A stretch of 64,000 nt of DNA from Eledone cirrhosa (Eukaryota). This document shows positions 13,331-25,183 of the stretch, piece after piece. The position numbers were made by a program, and so were the translations under genes. The DNA is taken from the NCBI GenBank assembly GCA_964016885.1, contig OZ024740.1, positions 260,400,001 to 260,464,000 of the forward strand, in the 5' to 3' direction. Each line of letters opens with the position of its first letter. The first letter of the stretch is position 1. The notes under the pieces are model-generated. The model had not been told where the DNA came from and did no database searches. It saw nothing but the letters and a program-made list of their open reading frames with translations.

Positions 13331-13731
13331 AAACACAATAGACCTGACCTGGTGGTTGTGGACAAAGAAAAAAGATCGTGCCTGATTGTGGATGTGGCCT
13401 TCCCGTTCGACACGAGAGTGCAAGAGAAGGAGAGGGAGAAAATTAACCGATACCAGGACCTAAAGTGGGAGGTGAAAAGGATTTGGAACTGCCATGAAGT
13501 CAAAGTGATCCCGATTGTCATAGGCGCACTGGGGACTATCTCCAAAAGTTTCCAGGGATGGTTAAAGAAAATCGGCCCCTTCACGCTTTTTGGAACGCTT
13601 CAAAAGGCATGCTTGCTTGGAACAGCAAGAACCCTCCGATACGTCCTGAATATCTGAGGCTGCAGGTAGTGGCTTGATATTCAATCCAACGGACTTTCCA
13701 GTTAACCAACATCAATGACTGAGATTCAAGG
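13331..13731 (+). mobile_element. Short 5'-truncated R4/Dong-like copy
   Basis: Almost identical to ~24495-24893 (one coding difference seen, ACP to AFP); lies between AAT/AAC tracts. Confidence 0.9.
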
Positions 13732-13993
13732 AATAACAACAACAATAATGTTTTCTTTATTAACCACAAGGGTTTACATAAAGTAGACATTAAGGACAGT
13801 ACAGGACAATACAGGACGGTACAAATGGGCATTTCTGCGTGTAAAAAAAACAGCGGATGAAATAAAATAACAAAGAAAAATTCCCCAGTAGGGGGGAGAC
13901 TTCCGAGGGACATTTGTGGAGAAAGCCCATTAAAAGACCACAGTGGCTCTGACCACCAGGGCAAGTGCCCTCTCCCAGTTTTCCACCTTTAAT

Positions 13994-16900
13994 TTACAGA
14001 CACATACTCAGAGAAGGCCCATTCATTCGGGCCATACTTGCTTCTCTCACCCATCTTTCAACAAAATGCTGGGAAGAGAGCACTTCCCTCTCTACCCTGA
14101 TTTTCCTTTTCAAATGAAATTTGAAAAAGTTAATCAGGGCATCACCGAAGAGGTAAGTGCTCGTCTTCAGCCCTTTCAAACGTGTCCACCATACTATCTC
14201 TTTCGCCATGGCCATCAGACAGATAAAAACTGCCTGCCCTTCCCGGCTAAAGGAAGGGGGCGGGGCAATCCTCACGATGGACTCAGCTGATAGCTGGATC
14301 CGTCCTACACGTGACAGCAGGTGTTCGACATAAACCCACAAGTCAGCAATTTTCGGAAACTGGACGAGTGCGTGCAGGACGGTTTCGTCGCCCTGCGTGC
14401 ATCTCGGACATGCACGGCTGACGGCACCTCCATGCCTGTAGAGTTTATCCCGAACTGGCAAAGCTCCTCGGTAGCACTGCCAGGCCAGGGATTTCTGGAA
14501 GTTGTCCATAGGCCCCGGCCCGAAAGTCCTTCCGAAGAGATTGGCTAGTTGATTTTCGTCGACGCCTAGAGTTTCTCCAAGTACGTCGTCGCTCTTCCCC
14601 TCCACTAATCCCTTATAGAACGCCAAGGTGGAGTTTCCATCGATCACATTGCCCGATTGGTCGAGGGCTGTGAGCGCCTGATGACATTCCAGTCTCCAAG
14701 CGCTCCCTCTCGGTCTTCGCTTGACCCAGGACTGCAGCTCCGTCAAGGAGACGAGCTGGGGAAAAACGTGTCTAGCAAACGGCGACCACACCTGATCACC
14801 GTTGAGGAAGAGGTGGAGATGTCGTAGCCTGAGCGCGTGTCTGCGCATCATCAGCCACGGCATGCCCAGCCCTCCACGTAGCGGGTGTTGACAGCAGATG
14901 GACCGCCTGACCATCGGAGCGCGTCCCTTCCACAAGAAGCGAAAGAGCAAACGCTCCAGCGCAGTCAGGCGAGGCTTAGGTCAAGGTACGACGGTCAGGC
15001 GGTAGTAGATGACGGACGCGATGTACGCGTTAGCCACCTCCGCTCGACCTTTCAGGGATAGCTTCCTCTCGGCCCATTTCTGGGTGAGAGAAGCCACCCT
15101 GCTCGTCACCTCGTCCCAGTTTTTGTCCGTCTGGAGATCTGGACCGAACCAGACCCCTAGCAATTTAACCGGTCCGTCCGTCCAGCGCCCGACGACGCTG
15201 TTGGACGGCATGGACCTGCCTCTCCAGGTGCCGAGCTGCAGGCCCACTGACTTTTCCTGGTTGATCATTGCTCCTGTCACCGCTTCGTATTCTCTTAGTG
15301 TAGTGCCGATCGCCTCGATGTGTTTGGCGTTCGACACCACTACGGTGACATCGTCGGCATATGCTGACACGGATCTTCCGCATCCTAGTTCGCGCGGGAC
15401 CCCCCTCAACGTCTCCAGTTAGTGCAGTAATGGCTCGAGAGTCAATACGTACAATAGGGACGAGAGGGGACATCCTTGGCGGACCGAGCGCATGATGTTG
15501 AACGGTTCCGAAAGGTGACCGTTCAATCTCACTACAGAGCAGATGTCGCTGTGCATGGCAGCGATCCAGCCTCTGAAGACGGGCCCAAAGCCAGCCGCCT
15601 TCAGGACTGCCGCTAGGTAACGATGGTCGACCCTATCGAAGGCTTTCGACTGATCTAAATTGATCAAAGACCCACCCGTGCCAGGTTCCCTAGCTACCCT
15701 TTCTACGATGTATCGCATGAGGTGGAGGTTGTCGTGGATGGATCTGTCGGGAATGGCGCATGTCTGTGCCTCTCCCACCAGACCACCAACGACAAGCGCC
15801 AACCTCTTTGCTAGCACCTTGGCCAAAATCTTGAACTCTGTGTTTAGCAGAGTTATGGGCCTAAAATTATCTATGTTATCCCCCTTGTTCGGATCCTTTC
15901 TCAGCAGCGCCACCGCTCCTCGGCTCACAGAGCTGGGAATTCTCCCGTTCTGTTGCCAGTTGCAGTAGACGTCCGCCAAGAGGCCTCCGAACAAGTTTGG
16001 CATTTGTACGTGAAGTTCATAGGGCAGACCATCCAAACCAGGCGATTTACCCCTTGTGCAAATAGTCATTGCATCCCGTACTTCAGCGGTTGTTATCGGC
16101 TTTTCGCAACACTCAGCCTCAGTGGCCGAAAGCCGCGGCAGTCCGTCGAGGTAGACACTAAAGTCCATCCCTCGATCCGGCCCGCCCCTGCCCCCGAACA
16201 GTTGAGCGAAGTGTCGCTGAAAAGCTTCACACATTTGCCCGGGATCGAGTAGCATGCGCCCGTCGTAGTCCACCAAAGACCGGATCGTGGCTTTGTTGCC
16301 ACGACGCGCCTCCGCCACTCGGGCCCATTGAACGGCTTTCGTCCCCTCGTGTCTGAGAGCACGCACCCTAGCTCTGACAACGCAGCCTTCGTGCTTTGCA
16401 TTGAAGAATTGGTCAAGGGCCAATTTCGCCGCAAGTACGTCGGTCGCGATGCCTTTGCTAAGCGCCTCGTCTAATTTTCTAACTAATTCTCCCTCTGCTC
16501 TATTTTTCTCTATTGCTAAAGTCTTACTAAACCTAATGGACTCTATTCTAATTGCTCTTTTCAGAGCAAACCACCACTTGTTGTTGACGATGGCCTCCGT
16601 CAACGCCCGCTTAACTAGTTCGCTAATCTGGTCTCTGTAGGTCTTGCGCGCTGGTAAGGACGCGTTTAGCTTCCAGTAGCCGGGTCCTCGTCTATGAAGC
16701 CTATCTAAGTCAAGCACACAGATCACGAATTTGTAGTCCGTGTAGCTGACTATCTTGAATTGTGGACAGCCTATGCTAGACCTATCTATTTCCCTACAAA
16801 ATACTCTATCTAGATATGATCTGGATGACCCTATGCGATTTGTCCAAGTCCACATTGGCACATTCGGGAAATCCAATCGGTACCTGTCAGACAGTTCAAA

Positions 16901-17414
16901 ACGCCTGAGCAGGTTGGTGAGGCTCTTGCACCCTCCTTCCCTATCCACTAATCCCACACAATCCCAGCGTGCATCTAAGATCCCGTTCCAGTCGCCCACT
17001 AACACTAAAGAGCGGGACGTTCCAAGAAAGGTCTCGAGACGCCGGAAGCAATCAGGCCACCCTGCTCCTGTCGGGGCATAGACGGCCACTAACCTGAAAG
17101 CTTGCCCGTCTCCGCTGGTCACGTCCAGCACCACCAACTTACCTTCTGGGTCCAGGAAGATGGCCCGTATGGCAAGATTCAAACCTCTCCGAAAAAGCAC
17201 AGCAACTCCTCCCCCCCTATCCCGGACGGCTGGGAGATGCGTACACATCGTAGCCGCCAAAGATCGGTGCGATGGCCTGTGCTTCGGAGATTCTGGTCTC
17301 GCTGATGGCCACTACATCTATGTTTAGTGACCTGAGGTCGTTGAGCAGGTGACCCTGCTTCCATGACGACCCCAAGCCACGCGCATTTATGCTGCCTATT
17401 CTGAGTGAGGTCAT
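13994..17414 (-). pseudogene. Tx1-like ORF2 (AP endonuclease + reverse transcriptase + CCHC-type C-terminus), few lesions
   Basis: LRIGSINARGL, AISETR, LVGDWN, YLDRV; NFRPITLLN, LDQSKAFDRVDH, RQGCPLS, YADD; CPRC...ETVLH. Frameshift in a C-run near 17215; stops at 15419 and 14981. Confidence 0.92.
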
Positions 17415-17676
17415 GTTTAAAATAGAGTGGAAAAGATGGGAAAGACCACTTACCGTACTTTTCGTAGAGGAGGGATGGTTTTTACATCCCTTTTCACTTG
17501 ATCGTCTGGTGAAGGGACCGTTGAATCGTCCCTTCGGCTGGTCGTCGGCTCTTCTAAAAGAATGTCTGAATATACTCTTCGATTGATAGTTCCTCCTAGG
17601 TCCCTGAAATCACCAACTGCGTTGGGGAATTTCGTTTTAATGTTTGTGTATTGTTTCTGTGCTATTTTTAGCAGTC

Positions 17677-19440
17677 TTATGTCAGTTGGCGTTTTGATTT
17701 TGTGCTGGTATTATGTAGTCGTGTTATGAAATGTCTGTGTTCAATTATGTAAGTCATTAGTTTCTTGTTGTGTGTATTTATTGCCGAGCATTTGTTTTTC
17801 TGGGGGTGGGGTGTGGTTCTGCTATTTTCTTGTCGTTGTTGCTGGGTGTGTGTGTTTTGTTGTTGTGTTTGCGATGTTGGTGCTTGTGGTGGTGGTGTTG
17901 AAGGTGTTGTTGGCGGTGGGGTTGTCGCCGGTGGTGATGGTGGTGCTAGTGTGGGTGGTGATGGTGTTGGTGGTGTTGCTGCTGTGGGTCTCTTTGCAGT
18001 AGACTTTACCCTTTTCTCATTTCTTTCCTCTCTTTTCAAAGGCGACGATGCGCTGCTTCTGCGTTTGTGCCTTCTTACGACCTTTTGCCATCCCTCTCCC
18101 ACCTCACACTCCATGTCTGATTCTGTGAGGTCGGGGAGGGGTACCAGCTCCACTCTTTCACTTGTTGTTGTTGATGATGTTTGCACTGGAGTCTCTGTTG
18201 CAGCTGCATTTGGTATTGCTGTTGTTGTTGTTAATATTTCCACTGCTGCTGCTGTCTTTGATTTCCGTGGCGTGGGTATGGGCGCCACGGACCTATCGTT
18301 CCTGGTTGCCGCTTGTCCTGTTGCTGGTAGCCGTGGAGCCGGTTTCGGAAGGAGGGGGGTTTTCTCCTTTCTCAGGGTCTTCTCGTTGCAGAAGGCCCTG
18401 AGGTGAGTCTTCGATCCACAGCGAAAGCATTTCGGGCGTTTTCCCTCAACACTTATGGGCAGTTGAGTGCCGTTATCGAAGTCTATCACATCCGGCATAG
18501 CTTCGATGCACTCCTGGTTGGTTTGGATTAGCATCTCAATGGAGGTGCCGACCCAATCTTCTCTTACTTTTTTCTGTACTTGCAGTACAGTTGTTTTGTC
18601 CTCGATTCCGACGAGGACAGACGCGGCCAGCCAAGAAGGGGCCATTCCGGGAGGGACGTGGTTCAGTTTGACCCTCACAATTTTTTGCCCGCAGTAGGAG
18701 GGCACCAACACCATTTCCTCGCTCCTTAGGGTCACTACGGATTGGGCCTTTACTTCCTGTGGTGTGGCAAAAAGTACGTCTACGGTGGCATATTTTTTGC
18801 CTCGGGTGATGTGCGTTTTCCGCTGCCACACAGACCCCAAGGCTTTTTGTATTTGAGCCTCTGTGGCTCTTTCCACCCTACGGGATTTTGTACTTACTGT
18901 ACGGTACGTGACCGTACAGTGCTGTTGGGTTTCGAAAAATGTTTCCGCTGCCTTGCAGATTGCTCGGTGTCCATTCTTTGTCACCATCTTCTTCGCTTCC
19001 TCTAATTCCTCATTTGTTATGAGGATTGTTTCCAAGTTTTTCGCAATACCTGCAAATGAGATTGGTTTTTCTTTGCTGCTGTTGTTGTTGTTGTCATCAG
19101 AGCCGCTGTTACTTTTGTTGTTGCTGCAGGTACTACGACTACTGCCTCCGTCGCTATTGCTGTGGTTGTTGTTGGTGTTGCTGCTGCTAATGCTGTTGTT
19201 GTTTATGCTGCTGGTGATGCTGTTGCGGCTGCTACTGTTGTTTTCATTGTCACTGTTGCTGTTGTTATTACGGTTGCTACTGCTATTATTCCTGACGTCA
19301 GACGAATGAAATGGGTTTTCGTATTTCCCGCACACCTGTTTCGTCGCTGTCGTCGTCGTCGTGGAGAAACCTTGCACGCTTTGCACGAGACTTTTCTTTT
19401 CTTTCGTCGCTTGCGAAAGAGAAGGGAGGGAGAGAGACAC
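17677..19440 (-). CDS. Tx1-like ORF1 (gag-like, single CCHC knuckle); termini probably frameshifted
   Basis: 587-aa ORF with CFRCGSKTHLRAFC, Asn/Ser-rich N-terminus and Pro/Thr-rich linker, upstream of ORF2. Confidence 0.8.
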   Translation of the reverse strand: MSLSLPSLSQATKEKKSLVQSVQGFSTTTTTATKQVCGKYENPFHSSDVRNNSSSNRNNNSNSDNENNSSSRNSITSSINNNSISSSNTNNNHSNSDGGSSRSTCSNNKSNSGSDDNNNNSSKEKPISFAGIAKNLETILITNEELEEAKKMVTKNGHRAICKAAETFFETQQHCTVTYRTVSTKSRRVERATEAQIQKALGSVWQRKTHITRGKKYATVDVLFATPQEVKAQSVVTLRSEEMVLVPSYCGQKIVRVKLNHVPPGMAPSWLAASVLVGIEDKTTVLQVQKKVREDWVGTSIEMLIQTNQECIEAMPDVIDFDNGTQLPISVEGKRPKCFRCGSKTHLRAFCNEKTLRKEKTPLLPKPAPRLPATGQAATRNDRSVAPIPTPRKSKTAAAVEILTTTTAIPNAAATETPVQTSSTTTSERVELVPLPDLTESDMECEVGEGWQKVVRRHKRRSSASSPLKREERNEKRVKSTAKRPTAATPPTPSPPTLAPPSPPATTPPPTTPSTPPPQAPTSQTQQQNTHTQQQRQENSRTTPHPQKNKCSAINTHNKKLMTYIIEHRHFITRLHNTSTKSKRQLT

Positions 19441-19769
19441 ATTTAAAGAAGGAGGGAGAGAGACAATCTTCTCTCTGCTGTAGTGATGATTGAGGAAGAA
19501 GAAGACGGAATGAGTGGGAGTGACCTATGAAATTTCTTTTTCGCAGCCATGTTGTTTTTTTTTTTGTTTAAAATAAATATTGGGTACAAAACCCCAATAA
19601 GCAGTTATTTAACCCCGAAGGGCCAAATAACGGACAGAAAGACCCTTCCCACGAGAAGGAGGGTGTTTTTGTCTACAAGTTCGTTAAAGTTTTAAACAAT
19701 TTACAATTGTTATAGTGTTCAAAATTTACAATACCTTACAGAGCCGAGCCTCCGTCAACCATAGCATTC

Positions 19770-19817
<48 letters not shown>
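19770..19817. repeat. (AAT)n microsatellite separating insertions
   Basis: Direct reading. Confidence 0.95.
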
Positions 19818-19818
<1 letters not shown>

Positions 19819-19868
19819 TAAGGCTCAAATATTCAAACATTCAACTTTGTATTGTACACTGTATATCC

Positions 19869-19901
<33 letters not shown>

Positions 19902-21123
19902 TATAAATGGAAGAAGAACCCCTCCCCTCCTCTCCTCTGGCTACACTATATAGGACAGCTAAACTCACCAACACCAGAAACTAGATACACCACCCATCCC
20001 ATCATCTGTGTACACTAAACACAACAGCCAGATAACGACACATTTTCACCTTCACCGCCACCGCTCACTACGGCCATCATTACCACCACTATCCCATCAC
20101 CGCCGCCACCACCCCTTGACTCCGCTACAGCACCATCACTACAGTAATACGGTCACATCATCGCCACCACTGCCTCGGTATCGACATCACCACCACCACT
20201 GTCTCAGTATCGCTAACGCCGCCAGTCTCCCACTTCCCTGCTGGCTGCCACTTCCACATTATAGAATTCCTACTACTAACAAAGAGGAAGGCATCAAAAT
20301 ATATAGATAGACCCAAAAGAAAAAAGAAAAAACAAACAACAAAACCAAAGCAGCACAGCAACAACAGCAAAAAACGAGAAAAACAAACAGAGAAAAACAA
20401 AAACAAAAAAAAGAAACCCCAAAAACGTAAAGAAAATATATTGTTATAAGGCTCAAAACGTAAAGAAAATATATTGTTATAAGGCTCAAAACGTAAAGAA
20501 AATATATTGTTATAAGGCTCAAATATTCAAATATTCAACTTTGTATTGTACACTGTATATCCAAAAAAAAAAAAAAAAAAAATGGCTATAAATGGAAGAA
20601 GAACCCCTCCCCTCCTCTCCTCTGGCTACACTATATAGGACAGCTAAACTCACCAACACCAGAAACTAGATACACCACCCACCCCATCATCTGTGTACAC
20701 TAAACACAACAGCCAGATAACGACACATTTTCACCTTCACCGCCACCGCTCACTACAGCCATCATTACCACCACTATCCCATCACCGCCGCCACCACCCC
20801 TTGACTCCGCTACAGCACCATCACTACAGTAATACGGTCACATCACCGCCACCACTACCTCGGTATCGACATCACCACCACCACTGTCTCAGTATCGCTA
20901 ACGCCGCCAGTCTCCCACTTCCCTGCTGGCTGCTACTTCCACATTATAGAATTCCTACTACTAACAAAGAGGAAGGCATCAAAATATATAGATAGACCCA
21001 AAAGAAAAAAGAAAAAACAAACAACAAAACCAAAGCAGCACAGCAACAACAGCAAAAAACGAGAAAAACAAACAGAGAAAAACAAAAACAAAAAAAAGAA
21101 ACCCCAAAAACGTAAAGAAAATA
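19818..21123. repeat. 685-bp-period direct duplication of a C/A-rich unit with a 33-bp triplication at the junction; probable 3' UTR of another minus-strand LINE
   Basis: Near-identical ORFs at 20008 and 20693; AAACGTAAAGAAAATATATTGTTATAAGGCTCA x3 at ~20422-20521; abuts (AAT)n. Confidence 0.8.
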
Positions 21124-21237
21124 AGAATGAAGAGAGAAGCAGGCGGACGGACAGAGAAGAGGGGGGGGGGGAAGTAAAACTTAAAAAACTAAAACTAAGT
21201 CAGACATTCGAACACTACATTACAATGAAACTTATGC

Positions 21238-24200
21238 TTATTCATTTCTGGGGCCCTTTCTGCCTGTGTGTTTGTTTGTTTATGTGTGTTCGTATACAGC
21301 GTGGTGATAATGCCACACAAGGGCCAAGTGGGATGGCGGATCCACAGATGGCTATGTAAACATACATTCGCCAATCCTCGATAAGAGTGTTTAAATATCG
21401 AACATAAACAGTTCGAATAACGGTGAAATGGAGACTAGAACGTCATGTGACAGACTCTCACCCAACAGGTGCCCCCTGGCTCAGCAGCAGGAACCTGACT
21501 GTCAACCAAATACTGCTGATGTTGGAGGAAGGAGAAGAAGGAAAGGGGCCAGAACCAACTGGACGAAAGAATTGAATAGAACTGTTATGCAATGCTACCT
21601 GAAAAGTAACCCCAAGGAGAGGGGCTACAGGAGACGGATGCATAACATCTGGAACGAGATTGGTTTATTTAAATTAGATGAACAAAAATTGGCCGGGCAG
21701 GCTCGGGTAATAAGAACTAATGGGTGGATAAGCGAGCTGGAACTGGAGGAACTGAGCAGAGAGAATGGCTTGGAGATGGCGGGTGTAGTATGCCAGACAA
21801 GCGAGCCGGTGGGAAATGAAGGTGAGGAGGTCCTGAGAACGGAGGAACCACCCGAAGCAGACAATGATCTGAGTACTGAGATAAATAATACCTGGAACAG
21901 AGATACGGCCACTGAGGAGATGAATGCTGACGGGCTAGGACAAGATTCGGTTGACATCCTAAATTTAGTGGTAGATGAATTGAACAATGATAGTGGGAGA
22001 CCTATGAACCTAAGATTTGTAGACAGGAAAAAGTTAAAAGAAACAACAGCTAAGGTAAACAAAGTCATCCCATACCTTGAGGCGAGGAGCCTTCACCAGT
22101 GCAACAATATCCTCAGAGCAACAGCAAATACGGTGAGGAAACTACTTGGTATAAAAGCGAGAGGAAACAACAGACAAGAAAGAGCAGAGCCGTGGTGGAA
22201 GAAGCGACTGAGTGGGCAAATCGGGGAAATGAGAAATGACATAGGAAAGCTTGAGTCACTACTGAATGGGACACTAAAAAACATAGGCACTAAAAATAGA
22301 CTGGAAATAAAATACAAAACTAGGAGTAAAAAGCTAAATATTATCATAGAGGAATTGAAGCAACGCATTGTAGCAAAGAGTGCAAAAATCAGGCGATACG
22401 AGAACAGAGTCAGCCAGTATAAACAGAACCGCATGTTCGACAACAACCAGAAGATGCTGTTTGGACAGCTTGAGGGCAAAGAAAGAGGCAACGACTTGAT
22501 CCCTGGGGCGGAGCAAACTAAAACATTCTGGAGAGGAATATGGGAGCAGGATGTTAGACACAATGCCCAGGCAGGGTGGATTGAGACAGTACAGAGGGAG
22601 ATCGGTGAGCAGGCACAGCAACAGACTGATTTGAGTATCACAGTTGAAACTCTTAAGGGGCAAGCCAAAAAACTAACCAACTGGAAATCACCAGGCCCAG
22701 ATGGTGTGCAGGGGTATTGGATTAAACATCTAACATCCCTCCACCCGAAGCTGACGGCCATGTTCAATGACTGCTTGGTGTCGGGTGAGGTGCCAGAGTG
22801 GTTGACAAAAGGTACCACAGTTCTGATAATGAAAGACCGAATCAAGGGTAATGATGCTACCAACTATAGACCTATCACATGTCTGCCCGTAATGTAGAAA
22901 CTGTTGACGAGCATTGTGTCTGAGGAAATCTACCATCACCTCCACACAAACAACTTGTTACCGGACGAACAGAAAGGATGCCGAAAGAAGTCACGTGGTA
23001 CAAAGGACCAGTTGCTTATTGATAAGATGGTAATGGGGAATTGCAGGAGGAGACACACTGATCTTGCCATGGGATGGATAGACTACAGAAAGGCATTTGA
23101 CATGGTGCCTCATTCCTGGATCACCAAAAGCCTGGAGATCTTCAGGGTGGCAGATAACATCAGACAGTTGCTAGGCAGGAGTATGGGGTCCTGGGAGACA
23201 GAGTTGACATCAACTGGAGTATCCTTGGGAAGCGTGAAGATCAAGAGAGGTATCTTCCAGGGAGATAGCCTGTCCCCTCTGTTGTTTGTCCTTGCCCTGA
23301 TGCCCTTGACCATTATGCTGCGAAAAGTGAGAGCAGGATACAAGTTGGGAAGGGGAGAGCTTACCATCAATCACCTCCTCTTCATGGACGATCTTAAGCT
23401 CTTCGGGAAAAGTGAGAAGGAGTTGGATGTGCTTGTTGACACTGTCCGTATTTTCAGCAGTGATATATGTATGCAGTTTGGTATTGGTAAATGTGGAGTC
23501 ATTGTGATGAAGAGGGGTAGGTTGAGCAGAAGTAACGGGATCCAGATACCAACAGGTGAGATGATAAAGGAAATTGACTCTGAGGAAGGATACAAGTATT
23601 TGGGCGTTCTGGAGGCTGATGGCATAAAGAACAAAAAAATGAAGGAATTGTTAAGAACTGAATACATTCGGAGAGTAAGGAGCGTATTGAAGTCACATCT
23701 GAACAGCAGAAATGCCATAAGCGCAGTAAATTCCCGAGCTGTGTCTATTATTAGGTACAGTGCGGGAATTCTGAGATGGAATGTTGCTGAACAGAAAGAA
23801 ATGGATAGGAAGACTAGGAAGCTATTGACTATCTACAACATGTTCCACAAGAGGAGTGATGTCGATAGACTCTACCTAAGGAGATCTGAGGGTGGAAGAG
23901 GTCTTATCAGCATAGAGGACTGTGTTCAGATGGAGAAAAACAACCTATACAAATACGTGACCTATAGTAAGGAGCCAATGCTCAGAGCTGTACTGAAGGA
24001 GGGGACAGTAGGCCAGGGGATGTCCAGGGAGGAAATAACATCAAGGAGGAAGAGCAGCCTTAAGGGAAAACCCCTTCATAGTACCTTCTTTGAGAAAACT
24101 GAATTTAGAGATCCACAGACATGGAACTGGTTGAGAAGAGGAGACCTCAAAAAGGCTACAGAAGGAATGCTAATGGCTGCGCAGGAGCAGGCCCTCAAAA

Positions 24201-24893
24201 CGAAGTGGTTGAAGCACCATATCTACAAGAAGGAGGCCAGCCCACTGTGCAGGATCTGTGGAGAGAGAGAGGAGACTGTGGCTCACATTGTGTCCGAGTG
24301 TAAACACCTAGCCCAGACCCACTATAAGGGCTGGAGACACGATGTGATGGGCAGGGTGATCCACTGGCACCTGTGCAAAGTAAACAATCTACCACATTCT
24401 GAGAAATGGTATGAGCATAGGCCAGAGGCGGTGATGGAGAACAATCAGGTGAAGGTGCTGTGGGATTTTAGGATACAGACGGACAAAAAACTGGAACACA
24501 ATAGACCTGACCTGGTGGTTGTGGACAAAGAAAAAAGATCGTGCCTGATTGTGGATGTGGCCTGCCCGTTCGACACGAGAGTGCAAGAGAAGGAGAGGGA
24601 GAAAATTAACCGATACCAGGACCTAAAGTGGGAGGTGAAAAGGATTTGGAACTGCCATGAAGTCAAAGTGATCCCGATTGTCATAGGCGCACTGGGGACT
24701 ATCTCCAAAAGTTTCCAGGGATGGTTAAAGAAAATCGGCCCCTTCACGCTTTTTGGAACGCTTCAAAAGGCATGCTTGCTTGGAACAGCAAGAACCCTCC
24801 GATACGTCCTGAATATCTGAGGCTGCAGGTAGTGGCTTGATATTCAATCCAACGGACTTTCCAGTTAACCAACATCAATGACTGAGATTCAAG
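21238..24893 (+). mobile_element. Apparently full-length R4/Dong-like RLE non-LTR retrotransposon
   Basis: Short 5' UTR (start approximate), single long ORF, short 3' UTR, (AAT)n downstream. Confidence 0.9.
21428..24820 (+). pseudogene. R4-clade polyprotein (N-terminal Myb-like, RT, CCHC, RLE) with one nonsense codon
   Basis: ORFs 21428-22897 and 22904-24820 are in the same frame, split by TAG at 22895 (NYRPITCLPVM*KLLTS, presumably TGG); [30 protein letters not shown], CxxC..H..C, RPD. Confidence 0.93.
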
Positions 24894-25183
24894 GAATAAC
24901 AATAACAATAATAATAATAATAATAATAATAAGGATTTCTTTATTAACCACAAGGGTTTACATAAAGTAGACATTAAGCAGAGTGCAGGACAATACAGGA
25001 CGGTACAAATGGGCATTTCTGCGTGTAAAAAACAAAAACAGAGGATGTAACAAAAAATAAAAATGAAAAATTCCCCAATAGGGGGGAAACTTCGGAGGGA
25101 CATTTGTGGAGAAAGCCCAGTAAAAGGCCACAGTGACCCTGACCACCAAGGCAAGTGCCCTCTCCCAGTTTTCCACCTTTAAT

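Larger units (their letters stand above)
13750..19769 (-). mobile_element. Full-length Tx1-like (L1 group) non-LTR retrotransposon, copy A
   Basis: ORF1 plus APE-RT ORF2; 3' UTR with 10-bp ACAGGACRRT repeats; AAT/AAC tract at the 3' side (13732-13749) and (AAT)n at the 5' side (19770-19817). Confidence 0.92.

Noticed and set aside
22895-22897. Programmed stop-codon readthrough in the R4 ORF
   Set aside because: Falls at an aromatic-residue position within the RT region; a TGG-to-TAG mutation or base error is simpler.
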